Shown here: piece by piece, positions 22,850 to 34,169 of the stretch
Numbering within the stretch: the first letter of the stretch is position 1
Layout of the letters: each line of letters begins with the position of its first letter
Assembly (NCBI GenBank): GCA_010093605.1
Contig: MU004183.1
Span: 930,001 to 994,000, forward strand
DNA: 64,000 nucleotides
Reading direction: 5' to 3'
DNA from: Lophium mytilinum
Taxonomy: Eukaryota
Notes under the pieces: model-generated
Database searches by the model: none
Seen by the model: the letters and a program-made list of their open reading frames with translations, nothing else
What the model was told of the DNA's origin: nothing
Made by a program: the position numbers and the translations under genes

Positions 22850-23490
22850 TGTGGGGATATTTGTTGCAAGTACTTCCGAATCTGACCGTGTGAAACCACT
22901 TTAGGTAGGCGCGGTGTAAGTGCAGCGTCCACGACTTGGGGCCCCTTCGTACTTGCTCTTTGGTGAAAAGTCTTGCAAGTACTCACGCATTTGACCGTGT
23001 ACAGGATACTTCCTTAAACATAGCGTGATCATGCAGTGAACGGTGAATAGACGTGTTGGGGGTCCTTTTGGTAAGAAGTATTGCAAGTACTTACTAATCT
23101 AACCGCGTTAATGTAATTTTTAGACAGAGCGTGACTATGGATTAGACGCCGCGTAGATGTGTCGTGAGGCTCTTTTGGTGAGAAGTTTTGCAAGTATTTA
23201 TCAATCTAACCGTGTAAATCTATTTTTGTCAGACAAAGAGTCCTTATGGATTGAACGTAGTGTAGACGTGCCGGGGGGCCTTTGGGTGAGAAGTATTACA
23301 AGTACTTACGAATCTGACCGTGTAGATCTATTTTAGATTGGAACAGTGTATTAGTAGAGCGAACGCCGCGTAGACCTGTTGGGGGGAGCTTTCAGCGAGA
23401 ATTATTGCAAATACTAACGGATCCAACCGCGTGAGTTCGATTTTGGTAGAGTCGGCGTGCACTCGGAGTGGACGCTGCGTGTATGTATCC
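22850..23490. repeat. Degenerate tandem array, six copies of a ~108-bp unit
   Basis: TTGCAAGTACT-like anchors at 22864, 22973, 23081, 23188, 23296 and 23405 (spacing 107-109). Approximate core consensus TTTGGTGAGAAGTATTGCAAGTACTTACGAATCTGACCGTGT. Confidence 0.92.
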
Positions 23491-23599
23491 CGAAACTCCT
23501 CAGTTGGTGCGAGTACCATTCAAATGTGTCTTTAAACACACGTATTATACAGTTCCTATACAGGCCAGTATACACAAGAAACCCACTCCAGAGGTATCG

Positions 23600-25148
23600 C
23601 TACCGAACATCGATATGCCCATGAGCGCCAGACAACTCTTTCACCATAGAGATCGCGCCGTCGATATCACCCTTGTTGTACAGGAACAAACCCTGTAGTG
23701 CCGCAGTACTGATAGAGCTCGTCAAGCCCACCTCTTTTACCTCCGCCATGAATCTCTTTCTCCCCTGGCCATCGATGTCAATGTCCGCGAAGAAGCGATC
23801 CCACATCTGCTCGATCTGCCATTCCGTCGCCTCGCCTAGTCGAACTGTCATGTCTATCCTCCCGGGCCGGACGAGCGCTTCATCTAGTCGTTCGATGTGA
23901 TTCGTAGTCAGGAAGATAATCCGTTCCTCACCACTCGCAACGCCGTCTAACGCATTGAGAAGACCAGAAAAAGTGACCGTGGCACCGGTATATCCGTCTT
24001 CGCCAGGGGCTCGGCGATTGATAAAAGCCGCATCGGCGTCTTCGAGGAGCACAATTGTTCTTTGTGGAACCTTCGTAAGAAGATGGTTGAGCCGGTCATC
24101 CGTGAGCCCACGCTCGCTGACATTTAAAATCGCGATGTTGAAATCAAGATGCCCCGCCAGCGCTTGTATGAAAGAGCTTTTGCCTGTTCCCGGGGGCCCG
24201 TAAAGCAGATAGCCCCTCCGATACGGGATTCCTCTATCCAGATACCAGGTCCGGGCCCCCAGAAACGCCTGAAGATCCTCGACTATTTTCTCTTTGACGC
24301 CACGCTCCAGGACCACGGATTCAAGTGGGCGTTTCCGCTTTGGTTCCCCGAATTGCGACCAATCTGGCCCCATCGAATTGTATATTATAGTCTTTCCTTC
24401 AGTCCGTTGCTGTGCGAGCTGATGCGCTTCGGCGAATATTTGCTCGAATATATTACGGTGGGCGTAGAGGGTTGTGAGAGTGATTGTCTCGAATGGCGTG
24501 CCGGAGGCTAGATCGAACGATTTCTCGCGCTGTCGGTTGACCATGATGAAAGAGCGGCCATAGCGTAAGATATAGCGCCCGTAACCAGGTACTAGGGAGA
24601 AGTGTGCGTTGGAGGTCCCGCCTGGGAGAGGGACCTGCGAGGTTTGTATTTGGAGGTGGTGGAGTCGGGGATTTAGACGTTGGACCAACGCAGATAGAAA
24701 GCCTTGCTTTGAAGCCTGGCTATGACCCGTAAGCTATTGGTATCGTACTTCAATGGTGAAAGTGGATGTATACCCTTCAACCGTATGACTGCCCGCAAGC
24801 TGTGCCCTCTGATATGCCGTCATCCATTGTAAAAGCCATTGGTATGCATGGTCGTGGCGCGTTATTTCTAGATCCACGATCATGCGCCGTCGAATTAGAT
24901 CTGCACCTTGCCTCAATCCCTTCTGTCCAATGCGTGCGCCGACGCCGAGTGCTGCGAGCCCAAATCCCTAGCCATGAGAGTTAGTCTTTGAGCTTCAAAG
25001 CTAGAACATTGCGACTTACGGCAGTGAAAAACGGATTGCTAGTCAGCTGGGAGTATATCGAGCTGATGCCATCGCCGCTGCCGATGTTGACATGTTGGGC
25101 CAACTGGCGCGATGCATCCTGCGGTCCTGGAGGGTTGTTTTGGTCCAT
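23600..25148 (-). CDS. BCS1: Mitochondrial AAA chaperone BCS1; 3 exons
   Basis: NPFFTAGFGLAALG TM segment, PKRKRPLESVVL, WYLDRGIPYRRGYLLYGPPGTGKSS (Walker A), LLEDAD, FSGLLNALDGVAS and ALVRPGRID. Confidence 0.96.
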
Positions 25149-25617
25149 CAACCTTTGCGATCTTGTCGCGAGTCGTGAGTAGTTAGGAAATATTTGACGC
25201 TATGCCATATTCGTTAATTTATATAGGAGCATGTGATTGCGCGACAAACTAAATGATACTCTATTTATGCCTTGTGGCTCTTTGTCGAGACAGGCAATCA
25301 TTATATATATGCCTTATCTTGTCAATGTCAAAGATGCTTGCTTCAGCCTTCTATCATGAATCTGAACGATAAATAAGTTCATTATCCTAAACATTTGGTG
25401 AAACGGCTAGAGAGCAGCAGAGTAATGTGCATGTAAAGATTGATTACATAGCCTTCAAGGTATCTTATATGTTTTCATTTAACAGCCATTCTCTTGGTAA
25501 AGTCGAAGGCCTAAGATTTAGCATCGCTGGACGCTAAATTACTCCTCCTTAACATGTAAAGCTGCGAGTCCTAACACAAGAACCTAGTATAGATGCACAC
25601 ATCCTCGCCTCTTGACT

Positions 25618-25649
25618 ATCACCTCATTTGACCATCACCTCATTTGACC
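25618..25649. repeat. Perfect 16-bp tandem duplication (ATCACCTCATTTGACC x2) spanning a stop codon
   Basis: Identical copies at 25618-25633 and 25634-25649. Confidence 0.9.
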
Positions 25650-26664
25650 TTCGGCCGCCTGATCACGATCTTCTCGCCTTCAGTGATTTCCCACCCAACC
25701 CCATCCTTCACCAGATCCACCCACTTCCTATCCGTACAACGCTCCACATACGCCCGGTCCGCAGTCATGTAGCTTCTTCCTAGGCACTTCAACGCATGCA
25801 ACCTCATCGTCGTATCCGCGAACTCCATAATCCGCCTCTGATATCCGTCCACCGCCCTCCGCATCTTCCAGAAAAGCACCCAGTCATCATGCGCCAATGC
25901 CTTGAGCACGAGCCCCACCCTACGATCCTCGTATTTGAACTGTTTCTTGACGGTATAGGCGGCCATTATGTCTGATTGCCGACACGCCAGGTCTAGTATC
26001 CAGAATCCGACGAACTCGTGTAGTTCCGGCGCTGGCAACGGCGACTGGGAGTGTATCTTCGTCAGGAGGGATATAAGGGCCGGGGCGTACGATTCCCATT
26101 CCTTGCAGAGAATCGCGGCGTGGATGTTGAAGATGTAGACGCGTTGTGCGAACTCATCTCGGCGGTCTGTAGCGACTATTGCTTCGCGAATCTTGCGGAG
26201 AGCAGTCAGGATGGTCGCGAGCTCGACGGAGTGAGAGGGGGGAGCGTTCGAGGCATTGCTTCCGGACCTCGAGGCTCGAGAGGGTGGAGGGGTAGGAGGG
26301 TTCGCTGTTGGCAAGGGGGATGTCGAGTTGAAGGACAGGGAGGCAAATTGCTTGTCGAGTTCGTCGCCACTGCTGGAGGATGCGCAGAATTTCATGTAGC
26401 GCTCTACGATCTTGTTGTAGAGTGATTCTTGGGCTTTCGGGTCATTGAGCCTATTCAGGTCAGCAATCGCTACGGCTCTCTACTGCTAATTACTTACTTC
26501 GTCTCGCCCTTTGAGGGATATCCATACACCTCTAAGGAATCAATAGGCGGAGTCTTCAACCTGCTCCATCCTCCGGAAGGACCCCGCTTGTTGCTTGGGC
26601 GCTGTTCTCCAGAGCGCCGCTGGTTCGACAGCAAGCTGTATGGTGTTTGGCTGGAGCCACTCAT
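25640..26664 (-). CDS. CSN8/PSMD8/eIF3K (PCI-type) domain hypothetical protein; 2 exons
   Basis: ATG at 26664 and an intron at about 26497-26451. LRKIREAIVA..DEFAQRVY and ALKCLGRSY helical PCI-like segments. Confidence 0.7.
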
Positions 26665-27202
26665 TGTTCCGTTCAAGTCAACTCAATGGATTAAGCAGGT
26701 CCTAGAGGTAGTGGTGGCATCATGGTGGTGGCATCTTGGATGTAAATAAGAATGCTACGTAAACCTAGGAAAATGGAAGGAGTGAACGTCGTCGTCGGCG
26801 GAGTGCAGGACCGACCCGTGACGCACCAGGACTGCTTCTTTCAATGACCTCAATTCCCACAAGAGGAGACATTCACTTTGCATGGTGAACACTGTTCCTA
26901 GGAATATTATGGTCGATGTAGAGGATCCAAGAAACCGGGAATAGCTCGACCATGACGCGGCGTCGGACCGCTCTCCGACCTCTGCGTTGCACATGTCATG
27001 AGACGACTACAAGGTTGACGTCTCAACAGTCCTGAATGCTCTCTAGGTACATACCAACAGGCCACATATGAAGATGTATATGAAGAGTTGAAAACAATCG
27101 CAATATAAAAGTATCTGCAAGCCTAAGTACTTCCTTTGAAAAGTCTATTTTCTTTTCTTTTGAGAAATAAAGTCCTCGTATTCTCTCTTCATCAATCCCA
27201 GC

Positions 27203-28348
27203 ATGGAAACCGCCAAAAACGCGGCAGACTCCATAGCAAAAGTCGAAGAGAAAGTCGAGCACGGCCTAACTCTTCTCTACGAGAAGCTCCCGCTATGGAT
27301 GCAAGAAAACCACTTTATAATTCGCGGCTACCGTCCGCAATCAAATTCCTACACAGCGTCTGCGCGCAGCCTCGGCTATCTACACAATGAAACCGTAAAC
27401 ATCTACTCGCACCTCCTCGGCTCCATAGGCTCTATCATCTCAGGGATCGTCGTGTACATCAGCGTTCTTCCGCGGTACTCTTTAGCCACCTCGGAAGACG
27501 TATTTGTGTTCAGCTGCTTCTTTGCTGGTGCGGCAGCGTGCATGGGGATGAGTGCAGTATTTCACGCGATCTCGAATCATTCGCACGCGGTGGCAAGCTT
27601 TGGGAACAAGCTCGACTATCTAGGCATCGTATTCCTGATCTGGGGGAGCTTTGTACCGACGCTATTCTACGGATTTCAGACACAGCCAGAGCTAATGAAG
27701 AGGTATTGGGCTATGGTATGTTCAGACAACCACAACCCCTTTTCAATTCTTCAATAGTCGTGCTCCCTTTGATCTCGTGAATGCTCCTTTGGAGACGAGA
27801 GCTGATGTAAGATACCTACCTACCAGATCACCACCCTCAGCGCCGGCACCGCCATCGTAGCCACCCACCCCACCTTCCGCACCCCAGCCCTCCGCCCCTT
27901 CCGCGCCGCCATGTTCATCGCCCTCGGCCTCTCCGCCGTCTTCCCCGTCCTCCACGGCCTGGACCTCAACGGCATACCCGCCATGCGCGACCTCATCGGC
28001 CTCGACTACGTCGTCGCCCAAGGCGCCTTCTACATCATCGGTGCCTTGATATACGCAGTACGCTAACCCCTACCTACCCTCAACTTCCCCCCTCTCCATT
28101 CCTTTCTCTTCTCTCCTCTTTAGAAATATCACGCTGCTGAAGGCTGGCGCTCGCTAATGCTACCCCAGTGCCGCGTCCCTGAACGCCTCTCACCCGGCAC
28201 CTTCGACATCTGGGGCTCCTCGCACCAGATCTTCCACGGCTTCGTCGTGCTAGCCGCTGCGACGCACCTCGTCGGCTTGCTGAAGGCGTTTGATCACGCA
28301 CATGCGCTGCGGGGGTGGGATGAGGGGTGGGATGTGAAGGCCTTATAG
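27203..28348 (+). CDS. PAQR / hemolysin-III (IZH, mPR-like) membrane protein; 3 exons
   Basis: LPLWMQENHFIIRGYRP, HNETVNIYSHLLG, SAVFHAISNHS, KLDYLGI and PERLSPGTFDIWGSSHQIFH signatures. Confidence 0.93.
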
Positions 28349-29095
28349 TTTTGAAGGGAATGATAGTAGAGTGTGTCGCGGGATTAGGCTGTCGGATCTA
28401 GAGGGGCGGAAGCTTGCGAGCTTGGGATGAGGTTGAGCGGGTGGGAAGGAGATAGAGGTCATGAGGCTCGAAAGTTTAAGAAGGGCTAGGGGAGGGAGCA
28501 TAGGGAAGTGTTGGGCTGGTCTAGAACGTTTTTGTGTTGTATAATGTCTCTTCTAGACTTTCCCTTCTGTATATATCGCATGACCAGAGACACAGTAAAG
28601 ACTTTCCAGGATAATTAGAGAATCTTTTTGTCAGGTCACGTGAATTCAAGGGGGTTAGGTGTCCTGCTCGTCAAGCACAACATAACAAGGAAGCATTAGT
28701 AGGTAGTAGCACCAAGAAAAACAAACCCACGTATAACAAAGCGCATTTCATCGGCACACAAACAACAGAACGAGCCCGTATCAATAGTACAAGACATCAA
28801 AGCCGCAACATTCCAGACTTTTATTAGAACTTTTAGGCAGCCTCATCCCCACGTCAAAAACCATAGAAAGCCCTCCCTCGACATTTGCGATTCCATTCAG
28901 GCCTAGGTGTATCATCCCCAAAATACCGCCCCCCGACACGCAAAACCCCACATAGCCCGTAATATTGAAGGTAAGCAAAGAAACGTGGACCCCAGGCACT
29001 TTTTTCCAGCACATCTGAACGCCCGCATGCAAGAACTCAAGATCGGGGTGCAAAAGAAGGTATATACAGTTGGAAGTATAGGTTGGGGAAAGCGG

Positions 29096-31293
29096 CTACC
29101 GGCCGGAATCCCTCATCATATCGGCTCTCCGCTTCTTCTCGGCAGCTATGGAGGATGTTAGTTTGTTGTTTGAAAGCAGGGAGGCCGAGGGGGGGGGGGG
29201 GGGTCTTACCTTCGTCATACACCAAAAACTCATGCAGACCACAGCCACCGGGCACCATGGGTAGGACGGGGACTTTCTGGTCTGTCACGACTTCTAGCAG
29301 GGCCGGGCCGTCCGTGGCTAACAGCCACCGCAGCTTCTCCTTCAGTTCTGAAGGTTTCGATACGCGCTGGGCCTGTACGCCCATGGCGTCACCTAGCTTG
29401 ACGAAGTCGGCGTTCTTTTGGTGGGTGTGGGCGAAGCGGTTTTTGTAGAATAGGGACTGCCATTGCGTGACCATTCCTTGCTCCTCGTTGTTGAGGAGGA
29501 TGATCTTGACGCCGATGTTGAACTCTGCGGCGGTGGAGAGCTCAGTCAATGTCATGCTGAAAGACGCATCGCCATCAATATCAATGACAAGGGCGTCAGG
29601 TCGGGCAACTTTGGCACCGATAGCGGCTGGAAGACCGAAGCCCATCGTTCCGAGACCACCCGAGGTGATCATGGTACGGGGGTATCGCCAGCGGAAGTGC
29701 TGAGCGGCCCACATTTGATGTTGACCGACACCAGTCGTAATGACGGTGTTGTCCTTGACGGGATCGGTGAGCTCTGAAAGAGTGGCCATGACAGTCTGTG
29801 GCTTGATCATCCCGTTTGCGCCCTCCTTCTCGTAGGCCCATGGGAACCTCTGCTTCCAGTCATTGATCTGAGCAAACCATTCAGGTCGCTCTTCAACAGC
29901 GTTGACAAATGGCAAGAGGCTTGCAAGATTTGTAATAACGTCACCTTCGACAGCTTCGGTGGCTTGAACAACCTTGTTGATGTTCTTGGGCATTATCTCG
30001 AAGTGGATGATACCTCCTCGACCTTCCTGTGCTGCAAGCTTGGCCGCTGGCGCGAATTTCGCAACGCTGCCGGTGATGCGGTCGTCGAAGCGCGCACCGA
30101 GAGCTATAATAAGATCGGCTTCCTGCATAGCCATGTTGGCAAATGCGGAACCGTGCATGCCGAGCATGTGCAGAGACATGTCGTCCAACTCATCGTATGC
30201 GCCCAGGCCCTGGAGGGTGGTTGTCACAGGAATCTTGGCCTTCTCCACGAGCTCTTTTAGCAGCCTGGGACCATCTGGAGTGCTGACCATACCTTGGCCA
30301 GCATAGATGACGGGCTTCTTAGCCCTGTTGATGAGGTCTGCGGACCGTTTTATTGACCCTTGAAGCTGCTTCTTGCTCATCTCCTTTGCGGCGACAGTTG
30401 CAGCGCTGGGATGTGTGGGCAGGGTGCTGGCCATTGGGATTGGTCTTGTTAGAACTCCACCAGTGATATCCTTCGGTAGATCAACGAGAACCGGACCAGG
30501 TCGGCCCGACGTAGCGATCTCGAAAGCTTCATTTATCCGCCTCGGTAGCTCTGCGATGTTCTTTACCATGACATTCCACTTTGTGCACGCTCTTGTTATA
30601 CCGACGGTATCAGCCTCCTGGAAGGCATCAGAGCCAATCAGGCCGGTAGTGACCTGTCCAGTGAAAACAACCATGGGAGTGCCGTCCATAAGGGCGTCCT
30701 GCATGGGAGTGACGACATTGGTGGCGCCAGGGCCAGAGGTAACAAGGACAACACCAGGCTTGCCAGAAGCGCGAGCGTAGCCCTCGGCCATGTGTCCAGC
30801 GCCCTGCTCATGTCGTGGAAGGATGAAGTCGAAGTGCTCGGAGTTGTATATGGCATCGAAAACGGGCAGGATCGCTCCTCCAGGGTATCCGACTGAGTCA
30901 TGATGTTAGCAGAGGCAAATTTGCATTGTCGTGCCATAGCATACAAACATGCTTCACGCCATGCCGGAGCATCATCTCGTGGAAGATGTCCCCTCCGGTC
31001 ATGCCCACAAACGAGTGGTCCAACTCGGCCTGTCGGAAGGGGCGAAGAGGGGAGGGTTCGCTCCAGTCATTGTCGCGATTGAAGGCGGGACTTGGGCGGG
31101 CTCGTGATTCCGGTGCAGTAGCTGTGGCGGCAGTGCTCTGTGGCCGTTTGGGGATATCTTTGAGGGTTTTTGAAGCTGCTGCTGCGGTCGCTTTCCTGTA
31201 GGGCGAGACGGCGAATCTCGGTGAGGAGGTGGAGAGTGCGCGCGTGTGCTTGAGGGTCTGTAAAGCCCGCTGGGTCTCGCGTGCCTTGAACAT
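29096..31293 (-). CDS. ILV2: Acetolactate synthase (AHAS) catalytic subunit, mitochondrial; 3 exons
   Basis: Mitochondrial presequence, FGYPGGAILP, RHEQGAGHMAEGYARASG, SGPGATN and the TPP motif DIDGDASF..LNN. The last intron (29209-29146) gives a C-terminus of AAEKKRRADMMRDSGR. Confidence 0.96.
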
Positions 31294-31425
31294 GATGAAG
31301 CGGGCCCTCTGCCTGCGAGGAAGACCCAATTGAACTTGACGTGGGGTATATTGGGGTGAAAAGCAAGTATCAAGCAGCAGCAGGAGGTCTGGAGGGGAGT
31401 GCAGGATGGATATGTGTAAATGGTC

Positions 31426-31617
31426 TGAGTCAAAGGGCCACTCACACCAGCGACAATTCCAAGGTCCGTGTGGCCGGGGGGGGGGGCAAAATTCAGAGAA
31501 GGCACCCTAGCACGGTAAGAACAGTAAAACAGCGATCCTTCTCCGCAGTCTGGCCGCCCGGTGGCCAATGAAAGACCCACCCAGGCCTTGCCGCCGTTAA
31601 CACCGGACCGAGATCGG
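31426..31617. promoter_or_regulatory. Gcn4/CpcA site (TGAGTCA) and Leu3/LeuB-type CCG-N4-CGG site in the ILV2 upstream region
   Basis: TGAGTCA at 31426-31432 and CCGAGATCGG at 31608-31617, within the 383-bp divergent intergenic region. Confidence 0.5.
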
Positions 31618-31676
31618 ACGTCGAGCTCTCACCGCTGGCGGGCCTGCGAATGCACGCGTCCGACTGCGAAGCTTCA

Positions 31677-33134
31677 ATGAATATCCCAACCATCAACGCC
31701 CCGAACCGAACCCGCAGCCATGGCCGAGTTGCGTCTGGGGACGAGCGCCGCCGAGGTATGCGCTTGAATCTGTTTGCATTGGTATCAATCTAACACACAT
31801 TAGTCGCCGTGCCTCGCCGCTCCACCAAAGGCCCGCTGGACAACGATATAGACGAGTACGCGCCCTCCCGTATGTACAGTCAATCACACGGCTGACCGCA
31901 TAGCCCCCTTGCTGGGAGTACCTCACAACCTGCTGCCTCTTCGACTCCTCGTCGAGTGCTCTCGCCTACCCCCTCCAATACAGCATCAACATCCCCGCTA
32001 TCACCAGACGGCGGCACGTCGCCTATCCCAGACCTCCCATCCAAAGACTTCAGCTACCTCCTCGAACCCTCCGCCTACCATGCTCTCCCGTCGACCAACG
32101 TCCCCCAGCCGTTTCTCAACTCGCCAGCTCTGCCCTCTCTAGCTGATCCTCTGCCAGACCTGCTCAAGACAGGTCATTATCGCCTCGCTGCCATATCCGC
32201 TGCTCGGGCTCTCTCGACAACCGTATCCCCAAATGATGCCCCCGCAATCTTCGAGCTGCTGCAAATCCGGCTCGCGTGTCTTTGCTTGTTGAACGAGCAT
32301 GCAATGGCAGCACAGGAAGCTAAACTGCTTGGTGACCTGAGTAGTGCATTCTACCGACACCCCCTCACAGGGGCCCATCTAGTACCTTGGGAGCTTCGGG
32401 TTCTGTCCGTACGTCTAGCTGCCTTGGGCTATGGCGAATGGCGGAAAGGGATCATGGGATACTACGAGCTGGCGCGAGAAGCCCGTGAAAATGTCGTGAA
32501 GGCCGATTCGGATGCGGAGAAGAAACTCTGGAGACTTCGGCTGCGCGAATGCGGAATTCGAGTTGCCAATGTGCTGGTAGAAATGGGTGAGCTCGAAGGC
32601 GCTGGACGCCATCTAGGTACTCTATCATCCGCAGAGGCAGGCAGTCAAGAATCACGAGAGGTCCTGGTTATGGAAGCTCTTGTATGGCTGAGAGTGGGTG
32701 ACTTACGAGCCTCTCGACGGTGCATCGCGGCCGCTGCAGCTCTGCCGTCGTCGGAAAATGAATCGACATCAACGCAGGATAGCAAAGTCGAGGGCACTTT
32801 GAATGCCCTGCTGAGAATTGCAGAGGGCGACTATAATGCGGCCGTGGAGGCTTGGACAGAACTCCATTCCGCGCACCAAGCCGATGCCATGATTGCACAG
32901 AACCTGGCTGTTTGCTTGCTGTATACCGGCAAGATCTCCGAGGCTCGGAGCTTATTGACCGACCTGGCTGGGACGACAGCGCCATTCCACGCCCTGACGT
33001 TCAATCTCTGCACCCTGTATGAGCTGTGTACTGAAAGGTCCCGAGATAGGAAGATGGCTTTGGCAGACCGTATTGCTGCTCGCGAGCCAAGCGGTGTAGG
33101 CTGGGAGATGGCAGCGGCGGATTTCAAGCTTTGA
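31677..33134 (+). CDS. TPR protein, TRAPPC12-like; 3 exons
   Basis: In-frame spliced model MNIPTINAP..PRRSTKGPLD; VPWELRVLSVRL, QNLAVCLLYTG, LTFNLCTLYELCTE and C-terminal ADFKL. Confidence 0.8.
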
Positions 33135-34169
33135 AGTGCTTGAAGAGGCTCTGATGTTACAACCAAAGTAGGTAGTAGGAAGAAAATGCCTCGACCTCTG
33201 GCGTTGTTTACCTTCACAGTTCTATACGAGATACCATTGATCACTGATAAGTATGGTATTTGGGGCTGGACGTGACAGTCTCACTATAGGAACAATCCAA
33301 GATAGTCAGAGGACTTTACAAGACTAGCAGTAGAGAGAACGGGGGTTATTGAAGTTATTTCTATGAACGCGGGAAATAAAAGTGTCAGCTTTCAAGCACC
33401 GAGGTCTCTACCTTTGAGACTTGCTTGCAATAGAGCGTCAGGTCAGAATTGCTAATTTTGCTGCCTCTACTCTGCCGGTGCCCTATTATATAGAGCTGAG
33501 GAGGATTGCATGCTGAAAGGGCTTTGTCAATGATAAGAGCCGAGGATAATGATCATCATGCACAAAGGGGATTTCCTGGCAGGCTTCCTAGAAACACCCC
33601 TTTTGCCCACCTGGCATGAAAGCCCTTCCGTCCCTTCTATATCGCATAATGGCTGGCCTGTCAGCTTGAATTACCGAGCGATCCTCCAGTAGATGAATGG
33701 ATATTTCGTGCATTTCTGATAATCCCCCAGCCGAGCGCGCCATGATTGGTCGTGCGGCATTTTGGCTTGGCGAATTGTCGACCAGGTCACGGTGCTCTAA
33801 TCCCAGCTTCACCTCTACTTCCCCTCCACAACATTCTCAATATTGGGGCACCTCCGAGACCAGTGTTCTCTACTCGCCACCCTCCTACACAGCTTCCCCA
33901 CGCGCGAGATCTCGCCTCGCTGCTCACCGCGGCGCCGCGTGCAATCTTCACGTTTCTCCGCTTCTTCGCCGGCTGCCTCGAGCGGTCTGCGTGCTGTCCC
34001 GCCAGAGAGACTTCCACCACCCTAGAGTATCCACCGCCGTGCATCCGCCGCACTGAAAAGACTCTAGCAGCTCACTCCTCCATTGAACGAGCCAATACAG
34101 TATAGTGAAGCCTACCATCACATTTTGCAGCTCTAGTTCGGCCTACTTTACCTTCAGCCACCCCTCACC

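Noticed and set aside
22850..23490. CRISPR array interpretation of the 108-bp repeat
   Set aside because: The context is eukaryotic with no cas genes, the repeats are degenerate, and the spacers are homologous to one another.
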